Source: a virus. Taken from it: 64,000 bases of DNA. Both the position numbers and the translations under genes were made by a program. The stretch is from IMG/VR virus record IMGVR_UViG_3300003890_000025, positions 1-64,000 of that record; one strand, given 5' to 3'. This document shows positions 21,436 through 31,393 of this stretch, piece after piece. Position 1 is the stretch's first letter. The number at the start of each line of letters is the position of its first letter. The notes beneath the pieces are model-generated. The model did no database searches. It was not told the DNA's origin and saw only the letters and a list, made by a program, of their open reading frames with translations.

Positions 21436-21915
21436 TTATGTTTTTTGTAAAACCCTAGCTCTATACTTTATACGACCTACGTGAGTAGCTGCTAAAGGTG
21501 TGGCCGTATACCTCACCTGACCTCCAGCAGTAATGGAAAAGTTTACCTGAGCCTCTCCTATTGAGTTACCTATTTGAGTAATAGTCCACGAATTAGCTAT
21601 ATCTCTATATAGTAAATATAAATGTCCAGCCTCTGCGACCTCTGAAGCACCAGAGTTATAAGACCTATAAACGTAATACTCTACTACCGCAGACCTAATA
21701 TTAGCCGTACTAAAAGCTAATCCATCTACATCGTGAGTTAATCCGTCATTATTAACTATTACTAAAGTATTAGGACCTATATCACCGTCTACTATTAACT
21801 CATTTAATTCATTAGTAACTGCTACTGCCCAGTCTGTTGCATCAGTGGCCCAAAGCTCGTCTGTTTGTACGGGGTAGTTATAAGTAACCCCAGCTATAGT
21901 CAATGCTACAGTCAT
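21436..21915 (-). CDS. virion protein (domain paralogous to C-terminus of 14147..16648)
   Basis: ATG at 21915 with GGGAGA RBS; FSIT..GQ..YT....I.YRA motif. Confidence 0.6.
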   Translation of the reverse strand: MTVALTIAGVTYNYPVQTDELWATDATDWAVAVTNELNELIVDGDIGPNTLVIVNNDGLTHDVDGLAFSTANIRSAVVEYYVYRSYNSGASEVAEAGHLYLLYRDIANSWTITQIGNSIGEAQVNFSITAGGQVRYTATPLAATHVGRIKYRARVLQKT

Positions 21916-21982
21916 CAAAAATCTCCCATAAAGGGTCAAAACGAGGGATTCATTACCCTCTATTAAGAGTTGTTATCAATTA

Positions 21983-22123
21983 TTAATCCCATTCCTGCTC
22001 TTTTATAAGCTTTATATAATCTTTCATAGAGTAAATGTTCCCAAGCATAATAACACACCAATTACCATTAAACATTATAGCATAACCTATAGGATATAGG
22101 CCAATACCATCAGTATATTCCAT
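21983..22123 (-). CDS. 46-aa hypothetical protein (not in ORF track)
   Basis: TAATG coupling to the endolysin stop; MEYTDGIGLYPIG...EQEWD. Confidence 0.45.
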   Translation of the reverse strand: MEYTDGIGLYPIGYAIMFNGNWCVIMLGNIYSMKDYIKLIKEQEWD

Positions 22124-22506
22124 TAAGGCATGAACCAACGTTTACCTGATTTTGGTGGTATAGCTTGAAAATGAACCCAAGTCTCAGTAGCCTTAAAATC
22201 TTCCATCCACAAACCTATTTCTTCTAAAAGCTTCTCATTAGCTAAGCACCACTTCTGTAGCTCTTTTTTAGGGTCTGATATATCTGCAGCTAATCCCAAT
22301 AAATGATTAGACTTTATCGCATTAGATCTGCCAGAAGCTATTAATTTCTGTTGATCTTCATTAGACCTTAATCCAGAAGTTATTATCATAGGCTTACCCC
22401 AAGCCTTTCTAACCTTATTTAGCTTATCTAATAGAATCTTTAGGTTTTTTTCTTGTTCTATAGTTAATTTATAACCTTTTGGATTTAGTTCTTTTATCAC
22501 TATCAT
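22123..22506 (-). CDS. endolysin, peptidase M15A family
   Basis: ITSGLRS, SNH..GLAADI and WVH zinc-binding motifs. Confidence 0.85.
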   Translation of the reverse strand: MIVIKELNPKGYKLTIEQEKNLKILLDKLNKVRKAWGKPMIITSGLRSNEDQQKLIASGRSNAIKSNHLLGLAADISDPKKELQKWCLANEKLLEEIGLWMEDFKATETWVHFQAIPPKSGKRWFMP

Positions 22507-22526
22507 ACTAATATTTGTTTTATAAT

Positions 22527-22559
22527 AAAAACCCCCGCTACTTTTCAGTAGCGAGGGTT
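22527..22559 (-). terminator. Rho-independent terminator after the major capsid gene
   Basis: AACCCTCGCTAC-TGAAAA-GTAGCGGGGGTT then a T run (minus strand). Confidence 0.85.
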
Positions 22560-22591
22560 AGGTTGATTACTAATATATAGTTAACTAGTTA

Positions 22592-23845
22592 TTATGAGTT
22601 AACGATATTATAGATAAGAACAAGCTTAGAAGGAGCGTTTGTAAACAATGCTTGGTCTGTGTAAAGACGTAGCTCAAATCCAGCATTGCTTTCAAGCTCT
22701 CTAAAGAACCTGTCATTACCTTCTCCACCAGGAAGATTAAAGGTAAGATCTGTTGATCCTACTCTTGAAAGTTCCTTTGGAGGAATGATAAAGGCATGGC
22801 TTTCTTTAACCATGTTGCAAGGACGAATCTCAACTACTCCGTTCTGTGAATAGAACTTAATAGCTTGAGCACCGTTTTTAGCTTCAGCTAATTGATAAGA
22901 GCTGTCATACATGCGTAGAGCAGCTTGATCAGTCATGAGTTTAGACCATGCTCTTGGGTTAACAAGACACATTACGTCTTCGTCAAGACCTCTTTCAACA
23001 GCCCTAGCAATAGCAGCCTGAATCTTTCCAAAGCTAAGATCGGATCCGCCTGCATCATAGAGATTACCTTTCCACAAGCTATAAGCAGTAACAGAGATAC
23101 CGAAAAGGTTACCAGAAGCTTGAGAAATAATCTGATGTAGACCAGGATGTTCATTGTATGAAGAAGCACCTGTCCTAGCACCTTTGAAGTGAACTTCGTC
23201 TGTAGCGACCAATCCAGTAATAGCTGGAGAGATTGTAAGAGTTCTGGTTTCCATGTTCACGAATGTGATCTTAGAAGAACCTCTGAGAGTACCGCCGCTA
23301 TCGAATACTTCAATAGAAGCGTTTTCTGCTCCAGCCCAAATTCCAGGAGCCCAGTTCGCAGCAGAAACTACAATACTGGTGGTTGTAGAACCAGCAGCAG
23401 CTACAGCAAGGGGTTTCTGACCATAAAAGTGAATGATCTCAAGACGTTTTGCAAGAGACCTCATCATGTTAGCTACAACGTGCTTAACCGTACGGTCAAA
23501 AGCAGCTCCTGAGCTAGCAGCTCTTGAGGCTACTGCGTAGCTGATTTGTGAACGTAAAAGATATTCATAACCTTGAATGGTTGCATCTTTTACTTGTGAT
23601 GGTTGGCTATCTTCTAAAGCAAAAGCTGATCCATCAGAACCACCGTAGCTTATTCCCTGCTCTTGAGAAAGAACTACTGGGGCGTGAAAGAGATTACCTA
23701 AAAGCTTATCTTGACCGATAAAGTCAATCTCTTTCATCAAAATTACATTATCTGGAACTAAATCTTTGACAGCGTCACTATACTTTTCTTTAAAAAAGCC
23801 ATTTAGACTTCCTGCGACGCCACCACTGTGTGCATTAACTGGCAT
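22592..23845 (-). CDS. major capsid protein (HK97 fold, with insertion domain)
   Basis: 417 aa; AGGAGG RBS; biased codon use; between scaffold and terminator. Confidence 0.8.
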   Translation of the reverse strand: MPVNAHSGGVAGSLNGFFKEKYSDAVKDLVPDNVILMKEIDFIGQDKLLGNLFHAPVVLSQEQGISYGGSDGSAFALEDSQPSQVKDATIQGYEYLLRSQISYAVASRAASSGAAFDRTVKHVVANMMRSLAKRLEIIHFYGQKPLAVAAAGSTTTSIVVSAANWAPGIWAGAENASIEVFDSGGTLRGSSKITFVNMETRTLTISPAITGLVATDEVHFKGARTGASSYNEHPGLHQIISQASGNLFGISVTAYSLWKGNLYDAGGSDLSFGKIQAAIARAVERGLDEDVMCLVNPRAWSKLMTDQAALRMYDSSYQLAEAKNGAQAIKFYSQNGVVEIRPCNMVKESHAFIIPPKELSRVGSTDLTFNLPGGEGNDRFFRELESNAGFELRLYTDQALFTNAPSKLVLIYNIVNS

Positions 23846-24011
23846 ATTTTATTACCTCCTAAAGTAATATTTAATTGTTATTTTTATTAAAACAGTATAC
23901 CGAAGATTCTATTATTTTACATTTGGTATCCAGAGTTCCTGATTTTGGAGTATCTGGAGCCATTTAGTAAACTCAAAAACCTCAAGTTTACAGCTTTCTA
24001 TAAATTATTTG

Positions 24012-25001
24012 TTAGGACTTTCGTAACCAATCCTTAATACTCATCTTTTCCTTACCATTCTGTTTCTGTTTATCTACAGAAGATGAGGACTGTACTGGTA
24101 GGGATGGCTTAGACGTTTCGCTTTTAATTTTAGCTACTTGTCTCTTTCTAACCCTCTTTAAATTCTCTTGTCCTATTAGATTTTCTAATATATCCTCTGG
24201 ACTCACGCTTAATAGGTTTTGAATGTCTTTATGCATCTCTTTCTTAACTATGTTCATAGCTTGTTTAGGAGTAATATCCTTATCAGACTTGGCAAAAGAC
24301 AGCATAACATCAGTAAACCTTTTAAGAACGTATGGAGATCTCGGTAGTCCAGTAACCTCGAAAGCCTCTTGAATCTCTTCTTCTAGCTTCATTTCTTGCT
24401 CTTGAACTAGTCTTTCATACTCAGCCCTATCTCTCTCCTCCTTTTCTCTTCTACGCTCCTCCCTTTCCCTTTCTAGCTCTCTCTGAAGTCTTTCTTTTTC
24501 TCTTACTTCTGGAGATTTTTGCTCTTCTTCTAATTCCCTAGATAATATCTTTTTAGCAAACTCTACCACCGCTTTCTCGCTACCTAAAATGTCAGGATCT
24601 GCTAATACTCTCTCTGGATCTGTTCTAAGTAATTCAATAAGTTGAAAAGCTTCTTGTTTAATTCTAGCAGCTTCAGCCATTCTTTTTTGACCAGCTTTAC
24701 CTAATTGAGCGTACTTTATCATCTCTTCTTGAGATAATTCTAGCTCTTCTCCGTCTACTTTAATCTTATAGTAACCTGGATTTTCTGTTGAGGCTTTAGC
24801 TTGAACTGACTTAGCAGCCTTATCGGCCTTAGCTATTTGATTAGGGTCTGATGAAACCTCTTTTGACTCATCTATAGAAGTATCTTCAGACTCAACATTA
24901 CTGTCTGTACTTTCTGACAATTCTTGACTTGATTCTATATTAGCTGATTCTACAATGTTTTCAGCAGCTTCTGGAGCTGATGCTCCTATATTCTCTGACA
25001 T
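24012..25001 (-). CDS. capsid scaffolding protein
   Basis: Acidic N-terminus; YKIKVDGEE.E.S.EE..K.AQ motif; coiled coil; upstream of the capsid gene. Confidence 0.8.
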   Translation of the reverse strand: MSENIGASAPEAAENIVESANIESSQELSESTDSNVESEDTSIDESKEVSSDPNQIAKADKAAKSVQAKASTENPGYYKIKVDGEELELSQEEMIKYAQLGKAGQKRMAEAARIKQEAFQLIELLRTDPERVLADPDILGSEKAVVEFAKKILSRELEEEQKSPEVREKERLQRELEREREERRREKEERDRAEYERLVQEQEMKLEEEIQEAFEVTGLPRSPYVLKRFTDVMLSFAKSDKDITPKQAMNIVKKEMHKDIQNLLSVSPEDILENLIGQENLKRVRKRQVAKIKSETSKPSLPVQSSSSVDKQKQNGKEKMSIKDWLRKS

Positions 25002-25090
25002 AAATTATCTCCTTTGTACCATCTTATTTAGGTAGGTACTTAGTTAACCGCCACTTAATTGTGGTGGGTCTATAACTAGTTGTTTTTTTA

Positions 25091-27328
25091 TTACTTAGTT
25101 AGTAGTATTTTTATAAAAGTTAAAATCTTAAATACTAGCTTTCCAAACGATCCTGAGGTCTGATGGGACGCTACAGGCTCGTCCCATACTGCTCCAGCTA
25201 TCTGAGCCGCTGTAGGAAAGTCTAGTGTACCAGTTACGGAGTCATTAGCGTCGTACTCCACTCCTAGTAATACGTCACTAGGATCTGGCAGCCTTACAGT
25301 GCCAGTTAAATAGTCGTTACTATCAAAGTCTATCCCAAGCCTAACATCATCTACACTAGGAACTCTTAAATTACCTGTTTTATTTGGAACAGCAGAATCG
25401 AATTGATAAGAAATCCCTAGTCTAACATTGTCCTCTCCTGGATCAGTAAAGTTAGTACTAGAGGTGGTAGTAAACGTACCTTCTGAGACAGCCTCTAATA
25501 AGTCAGATATAGGACTATACGCGTAGCACTTAAAGTAGTAGGTAGTGCTGGGTTTTAGGTTTGATAAGGTAACAGAATGTCCATAATGCTTCCAAGCGTA
25601 TTGTATTCCATTAAAAGTGTCTTTTATTTCTGTCCAAATAAGTCCCCAATCCTTCTTGTCTGGTAATGTAGACTGATGATCGTATACTCCACTAACTGTC
25701 CCGAACCGTATAAATGGTAAGGCTTTTATACGAAGCTGTTTTTTAACTGTATCCGATTGAGCGGCTGTATGGGTATAGACGAGATTTGTTTCTAAGGTTA
25801 AACTTGATCCCCCAATAAATGCTACTCGTGCTTCTTCAAACCTTGCTGTACCAAAACCAATTTCAATGATCTCCCCCACTTCAAAACCATTTGTGTCTGC
25901 TACATCTAAAATTGAAGTGCCAGCCCCAGAATCGGCATTAACAGTTGTAGAACCATGACCGACTACAGCCCCATTTTTACAATCAAATGTTATAGTGGCG
26001 GATGATGAGGTAATGGTTCCAATAACAACATTGTCTATCTCAAGTGGTCGGTTCCTCACGTTTTTAGGGTTTGTTCTTGCGCTTGTAAGATTACGATATT
26101 GAGGCGGTGTCGCCGTTGAGGTGGTGTTTGCTGTAGTATCAACATTTGATGGAGTGGCGTTGTTAGTTCCAGAAATATAATCATTGTCACTTTTTGCCGA
26201 AGAAAAAGTAGTTGCTGATTCATAATCAATAGCTCGAAACGCAGTATACATTTTGGGCACAAAATCATTAAATCTAGTTTCTATTGTAGAAGTTCCAGTT
26301 CCAGACGGACCATAGGCAAAGCGTCCCATTGTTATAATATTTCTACTTGCAATAAATGAACCAGAAGAACCAGAGGCCGTTGCTGGACCTAAAACAATAC
26401 TATCACCACCAACGGTAGAAATATAACAATCTTGAATTCTTCTAGTAAAACCAGACGCTAAATTTATTTGCATATTTGACGTGCCGTTAAAAACACAATC
26501 TCTAACAATTATGTTAGAGTTTGTACCGAAAGTCACGCCACCATTTAACGTATCCTCAGACCAAATTTTTTCGGCAGTTGCAATAAAAGTTGATGTATTT
26601 CCACTTAATGTTACACGAGACCCGCGTGACGCTGTAAAAAGCAAATTTGAATAAGTGGCATTTTTATCAAGAGTAAGCCCCAAATTATAATAACAGCTCG
26701 TAGAAGTAAAATTAGCCCAAATATATCTGATATTCGATCCGTCAGACTGCGGCGATCCCGATCTGGTTAATATACCGTTGACCGAGTGGCTAATTTTCCA
26801 AAATTGTATGTTAATGTTATTTGAGTTTGCAGCGGCGCTTAGGTCTATATACGACCAAGCCCCATAGGTTCCCTGCGTTGACGGGTTATTAAAAGTAAAT
26901 TCTATCATAGTATTAATTGTCTTTATTCCGCGAACTACGGAGGTTGCTGTACTAGCTAGATTTATTACGTATAGTCCGTCTACGTAGAAAGTTCCGTTAT
27001 CTTCGTACTCAGATATTATATTAGTACCTAGAGTAGTATTTGCTACAAAGTGATCTCCATCTTTAAATAAGAGTACAATTTCATAAGTATCTCCAGCAAT
27101 AATAGAGTTTGGAAATGCATAGGATACTGTGATCTGTGTAGACGTATTACTTGAAATTACTCTTTCGAGTCCAGCATTAGATCCAGTTAACATTCTTAGA
27201 GTAAAATTAGATAAATTATTACCTACAGTAGGCCAAGAAGCTCCTGTATTAGTTAGGGTAGTAGTAGATCCTGCGGTAGCAGTTGTACCAGGAGTGGTTA
27301 TACTATAGGTTCCTGACCAGTTAGCAAT
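25091..27328 (-). CDS. fibre/spike-like protein with beta-helix and Fn3-like domain; probable AUU start
   Basis: Frame is open 45 codons upstream of ATG 27193 with protein-like sequence; AAAGGAGGG lies 7 nt before ATT at 27328; LSNLKPSTTYYF is Fn3-like. Confidence 0.7.
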   Translation of the reverse strand: MANWSGTYSITTPGTTATAGSTTTLTNTGASWPTVGNNLSNFTLRMLTGSNAGLERVISSNTSTQITVSYAFPNSIIAGDTYEIVLLFKDGDHFVANTTLGTNIISEYEDNGTFYVDGLYVINLASTATSVVRGIKTINTMIEFTFNNPSTQGTYGAWSYIDLSAAANSNNINIQFWKISHSVNGILTRSGSPQSDGSNIRYIWANFTSTSCYYNLGLTLDKNATYSNLLFTASRGSRVTLSGNTSTFIATAEKIWSEDTLNGGVTFGTNSNIIVRDCVFNGTSNMQINLASGFTRRIQDCYISTVGGDSIVLGPATASGSSGSFIASRNIITMGRFAYGPSGTGTSTIETRFNDFVPKMYTAFRAIDYESATTFSSAKSDNDYISGTNNATPSNVDTTANTTSTATPPQYRNLTSARTNPKNVRNRPLEIDNVVIGTITSSSATITFDCKNGAVVGHGSTTVNADSGAGTSILDVADTNGFEVGEIIEIGFGTARFEEARVAFIGGSSLTLETNLVYTHTAAQSDTVKKQLRIKALPFIRFGTVSGVYDHQSTLPDKKDWGLIWTEIKDTFNGIQYAWKHYGHSVTLSNLKPSTTYYFKCYAYSPISDLLEAVSEGTFTTTSSTNFTDPGEDNVRLGISYQFDSAVPNKTGNLRVPSVDDVRLGIDFDSNDYLTGTVRLPDPSDVLLGVEYDANDSVTGTLDFPTAAQIAGAVWDEPVASHQTSGSFGKLVFKILTFIKILLTK

Positions 27329-27507
27329 ATAGCTACCCTCCTTTCCTCTAACCTAATTCTTATTTTATTAAAGAACATCTCACGCTCTGCCTGAGACATT
27401 TTCTCCGTAAGTAGATTAAAATCACACATAAAGTCGGAATCCTTCCCCTCACCTCGAAGGATTCTTTGATATATGGCTTCTTCTAGAACTATTGGCTTAA
27501 GAAACAT
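27298..27507 (-). CDS. hypothetical protein
   Basis: ORF overlaps both neighbours in the operon. Confidence 0.5.
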   Translation of the reverse strand: MFLKPIVLEEAIYQRILRGEGKDSDFMCDFNLLTEKMSQAEREMFFNKIRIRLEERRVAILLTGQEPIV

Positions 27508-27778
27508 AACGATCCAGATTTATTTTCAATTGGTATATCTGTTGTTGGCTTACTTCGTCGAAATATGGATCAAGGTTTTCCTCATCAATCCACTGATCTA
27601 ATATTTGCTGTAATTCCTCTTTTGTCTTTTCTATTACGTTTTCATCATCAATAGACTCATATGCAATAATCGCTGTCTGACTTCCGTCTGATTTAGCTTT
27701 TACGTGAGTAAATAGACTAGATTTCACTGCTGCTGGCTCGTTTTTATTTATATTATTTACTAAATAAAATTTAACCAT
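27497..27778 (-). CDS. hypothetical protein
   Basis: ORF overlaps both neighbours in the operon. Confidence 0.5.
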   Translation of the reverse strand: MVKFYLVNNINKNEPAAVKSSLFTHVKAKSDGSQTAIIAYESIDDENVIEKTKEELQQILDQWIDEENLDPYFDEVSQQQIYQLKINLDRYVS

Positions 27779-28301
27779 AAGTTAGACTAGTCCTATCGTC
27801 CCATATATTATCAAAATCGGAATCTCCATCAGCAAAAGTTATTGCTAGATTAGAAGACTCGTCTATCTTGCTAACTTGCCATACGGCTGCTGAAGTTAGG
27901 CTACCTGGTATAGCCTTTCCTATGTAAGTTACATTAGGAGTAGAGGTATCATCTAATTGTATAGCAAAAGCTTTATTTACCACGTTATCTGTATCAGCTT
28001 TTATAGTTTTAGAATCTATAGACGTTATGGTGGCCTCTGTCGCCGCTCCAGTAGGTAGACTTATGGTTCCAATTATATTATTAATATCCCAAGTACCAGA
28101 CTGTTTTACTGATATAGTTCCATCAGAGTTTATCTGTAAAAAATCTACTCCATCTCCTACCTTTATACTGTCATCACTGTGATCGAGGTCTACTGATATC
28201 TCAGCCGAATCTAAGCTGAGAGAGGCGTCCGTCCTAATCCTATTATTTACTTCATCGTAGGCTAATCTTAGTACTTGAAAGGCGTCTAGGTTTGTTGACA
28301 T
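27771..28301 (-). CDS. virion protein (LD..QV....YD family, paralog 2)
   Basis: MSTNLD N-terminus; C-terminal TYIGKA.PG..TS.AVW....I...FADG...F..IWDDR..L.Y domain typical of phage structural proteins. Confidence 0.6.
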   Translation of the reverse strand: MSTNLDAFQVLRLAYDEVNNRIRTDASLSLDSAEISVDLDHSDDSIKVGDGVDFLQINSDGTISVKQSGTWDINNIIGTISLPTGAATEATITSIDSKTIKADTDNVVNKAFAIQLDDTSTPNVTYIGKAIPGSLTSAAVWQVSKIDESSNLAITFADGDSDFDNIWDDRTSLTYG

Positions 28302-28304
28302 TTT

Positions 28305-28451
28305 CTAACGTAAAAGCCAAATTAATAAGGCTATTAGTCCTCCGTTAATAAGTAAACTAAGTCGTAGTATTATATTATTTTTTTTGTAGTGCCTATACTT
28401 AGTGCTTCTCTGCATGCCTCTAGTAATGGGCGTAATTTTTATAGTTCCCAC
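28305..28451 (-). CDS. 48-aa basic protein with C-terminal TM (not in ORF track)
   Basis: GTG start with AGGGGAG RBS; fills the intergenic gap. Confidence 0.5.
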   Translation of the reverse strand: MGTIKITPITRGMQRSTKYRHYKKNNIILRLSLLINGGLIALLIWLLR

Positions 28452-28475
28452 TAATATACTCCCCTATCACGCAGA

Positions 28476-31001
28476 TTATTGTGCTATATCTTCAATTATC
28501 GCGTGAGTACAAGTAATTGTATTATTAGCATTAGCCACACTCCATTGTGCGGTAATATCAAGAGTTTGTGCTGCTGTTGTGTCAAGGGTCTGGTTTGCCG
28601 TGTTAAATAACTCCATCTCAAATGGAGCCGAGAACGAACTCTGATGCATCTTAACTGCTCCGCTACATATAACCTTACCAGAAGATCCTGCCTCAAAAAC
28701 TTGTAATAGAAGCTCCATACTCCACATTCTATTAGTTAGTGCTGCCGTTTGAGTTATAGCTCCTGTAGAGGCTAGAACAGTAGAACCAGCTTTAAATTTG
28801 ATAGTAAGGTCTGGAGGTGCTGCATCAGTAGAGTAGAAACCACTCATTTTGACTCTGAGTATTCGACCTTTACTTAAAGAGTCTGCTGGGATTTGTGCTG
28901 CAGTGGTGTTGTTGTTTATATATCCAATACCAAAAGTGTAAGAGGAAGTACCGCTAGATGTTGCGTTCTGAGACATCGTGATTTGAGTAGCACTATCTAT
29001 TGACAATATGACAGTTCCAGATGGTATTCCTGTACCTGATATTGATCTTCCTTCTGACAGTAGGGCTGTGGACGATAACCCAGTTATGATTGGAGATCCG
29101 CTGGTTCGAGTACCTGAAATAGATAATTGACCAGGAAGTAATGAAGTCTCTGCGTTTGTATTACCAACAGCTCTGTAAGTAAACGAGCTAAGCATAGCAG
29201 AGCCCATTCTTTCTGTTAGTAGCTTAGTAGTAGTAGGAGCCATCTTACAGCCATTGACTAAGAAGTAATAATTACTCGTACTGTCAATTTTCATTCTTGA
29301 GTCTGCTGGGCCTTCAAATAAAGCACCAGACCCAGTAATCTCACAGTCGTAAATTCCGTCGTTCTCTCCGTTTTGGGTAGCGTTTTGCCACAACAATCCA
29401 TTAGAGATTAAAGAATCGCTGATATGCGACCACCTATTGATGGCGATAGCTCTTTCAAAACGACATCCTTTAGCATACACTAGTTCTACTGTATTAAATA
29501 TCGCAAAGCTTGATCTATCAAGAGCTTGTCCGCAAAGGCTTCTTATACGGGTATTGTATAATGACAGGTATAGATTCCCAGCACTAATACTGTCAGCCTC
29601 TATTCCTTTAGAACTAGCAGTAATAGCAACAGTTCCAGAAGCAGTCGCGTTTCTGGTCATAGTTATAGATGTTGCCGACACTATTGATCTAATATAAGTA
29701 TTAGAGGGTATTCCTGTCCCCGTAATATTTTGTCCTACAGACAGCCTGGCTGTTGATGTAAGTCCAGTTATAACGTTTGATCCGCTAGTAGTGGTTCCAT
29801 CCTGTCTACTTTTTCCGTTGTCATTACCCCAGACCATTACGTTACATATTGAGCTATGTGTCGAGGATGACCCGTTCGTGGCTCCGTTGTCTAAGTACTT
29901 TAAAGAGCCGCTTAACATTATATTACGGTATATATCATGAGTATCTTTGCCCACGATGCTTGAGTTGACAGATACGATATGAAACGCTGATCGTATACCA
30001 GCTATGTTAGGCATTACAGGAAGTTGTACTTCAAAATCATGGTAAGGGTCTATTCCTGCATTAGGTGCCCAACTTGATCCTCCTGGAAAAGTTCCTAAGG
30101 ACGCTGGGCCCATAAAAATTGTAGTAACGCCTTTACGGGTCAGATCACAATAGAACTTATCTGCTATTGTAGGGAACGTAAGTGTTACCGTACCAGATGC
30201 TGTAGCGGCTTGGCTTAATACTAAAGACGAGTTTGCACTAGAGTAGGTCACGCTAACGACAGTAGTACCGTCTGGAATACCTGTACCTTTAACTGCGGCC
30301 CCAACCATTCCAGTATAGACATAATTAAGTCCAGTAACTGAAGTAGATGTGTTAGTAGTAGTCCCTATTAACTGCATAGGGACTTCTACATTGAGCAGCT
30401 CGTTAGTTATAGATTGAGTTAAGCTCGCAGAAAGCGTGGCTCTCATCTTAGACGACACTACAGCTATAGCAGTAATAGTAGTTCCTTCAGGTATTCCTGC
30501 TCCAGATATCGAAGCCCCTACCGCGTTTTGTCCACTATATCCAAAATCTTCTACGTAATTATTCCCACTAGTACCAGTAGCCCTAACTTTAATTGCAGTA
30601 GATGCTGGAACGTATGTCTTACCAGGAGCCAAAACTACCCAGTTATTTGCGGCTTGTTCTGCTGTACCAGTGGCTCGTGGAATAGATGCGTAGGCGTCAT
30701 TAAGATCGTTGAACTGCTGAACTCCATAGGAAAATACGTCATTAGTAGGAAATACTGTGATTTTATCAGCCCTAAGAGATCTGATGGAATTACCAGCTAA
30801 TTTATTAAATGCTTGAATTACTGAGTCAGCGTCAGTAACTGTACCTGCTGACTGTGAGAATCCTTGTAGGATGGCATCCCTGACTCTAGCTTCAGTTAAA
30901 TATAAATTACTAGAACCTTCCACTATGTCATCAGTACTTTGGATATCATCAGCATAATCCAAATTACCTACTACTTGATTAAATGTAAACTTCTTAGCCA
31001 T
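28476..31001 (-). CDS. fibre/decoration protein with four G.GIP..T beta-barrel repeats
   Basis: Start MAKK at 31001 (TAATG coupling); repeats of G..ISGTGIP.GT....I......T.S..ATASG. Confidence 0.7.
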   Translation of the reverse strand: MAKKFTFNQVVGNLDYADDIQSTDDIVEGSSNLYLTEARVRDAILQGFSQSAGTVTDADSVIQAFNKLAGNSIRSLRADKITVFPTNDVFSYGVQQFNDLNDAYASIPRATGTAEQAANNWVVLAPGKTYVPASTAIKVRATGTSGNNYVEDFGYSGQNAVGASISGAGIPEGTTITAIAVVSSKMRATLSASLTQSITNELLNVEVPMQLIGTTTNTSTSVTGLNYVYTGMVGAAVKGTGIPDGTTVVSVTYSSANSSLVLSQAATASGTVTLTFPTIADKFYCDLTRKGVTTIFMGPASLGTFPGGSSWAPNAGIDPYHDFEVQLPVMPNIAGIRSAFHIVSVNSSIVGKDTHDIYRNIMLSGSLKYLDNGATNGSSSTHSSICNVMVWGNDNGKSRQDGTTTSGSNVITGLTSTARLSVGQNITGTGIPSNTYIRSIVSATSITMTRNATASGTVAITASSKGIEADSISAGNLYLSLYNTRIRSLCGQALDRSSFAIFNTVELVYAKGCRFERAIAINRWSHISDSLISNGLLWQNATQNGENDGIYDCEITGSGALFEGPADSRMKIDSTSNYYFLVNGCKMAPTTTKLLTERMGSAMLSSFTYRAVGNTNAETSLLPGQLSISGTRTSGSPIITGLSSTALLSEGRSISGTGIPSGTVILSIDSATQITMSQNATSSGTSSYTFGIGYINNNTTAAQIPADSLSKGRILRVKMSGFYSTDAAPPDLTIKFKAGSTVLASTGAITQTAALTNRMWSMELLLQVFEAGSSGKVICSGAVKMHQSSFSAPFEMELFNTANQTLDTTAAQTLDITAQWSVANANNTITCTHAIIEDIAQ

Positions 31002-31393
31002 TAGACTACACTCCAAGTAATACTATCTAATCTATATTTACCGCTAACTAAAGTATAAGAGAATTGCTGTACTACCGTAGATGTGGTTATGGAGGCACTA
31101 GTAAATTCAATCTTGTCTACTCTCTCATCTGCCGTACCAAAGTCTAACCAAGTAAAGGATTGTATTAGGTCGTGAGCAGCTAGTACCTGCTGCCTAAGGT
31201 TATTGACAAATACTCTTTGAGTACCAGTAGTTGTGCCGTCCTCAGATCCTACAGTAAATATGTTATCTGGAGCTGCTATTTCTACTTCGGCAGATCCAGC
31301 AGATACTGTCAACTCCGTATCTACTCTGAGGCGGTTCTCTATTTCGTCGTATACGTTCTTTATTACCTGTTGATAGTCTAAATTAGTACTCAT
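31001..31393 (-). CDS. virion protein (LD..QV....YD family, paralog 1)
   Basis: Follows the portal gene; shared N-terminus. Confidence 0.55.
   Translation of the reverse strand: MSTNLDYQQVIKNVYDEIENRLRVDTELTVSAGSAEVEIAAPDNIFTVGSEDGTTTGTQRVFVNNLRQQVLAAHDLIQSFTWLDFGTADERVDKIEFTSASITTSTVVQQFSYTLVSGKYRLDSITWSVV

Noticed and set aside
1595-30800. Plus-strand ORFs within the structural block (e.g. 1595..2011, 2279..2659, 9594..9920, 23189..23512)
   Set aside because: Antisense shadows of long minus-strand genes; S/L-rich with no RBS.
14147-31001. Diversity-generating retroelement or invertible fibre cassette
   Set aside because: No reverse transcriptase or invertase and no template/variable repeat pair seen.
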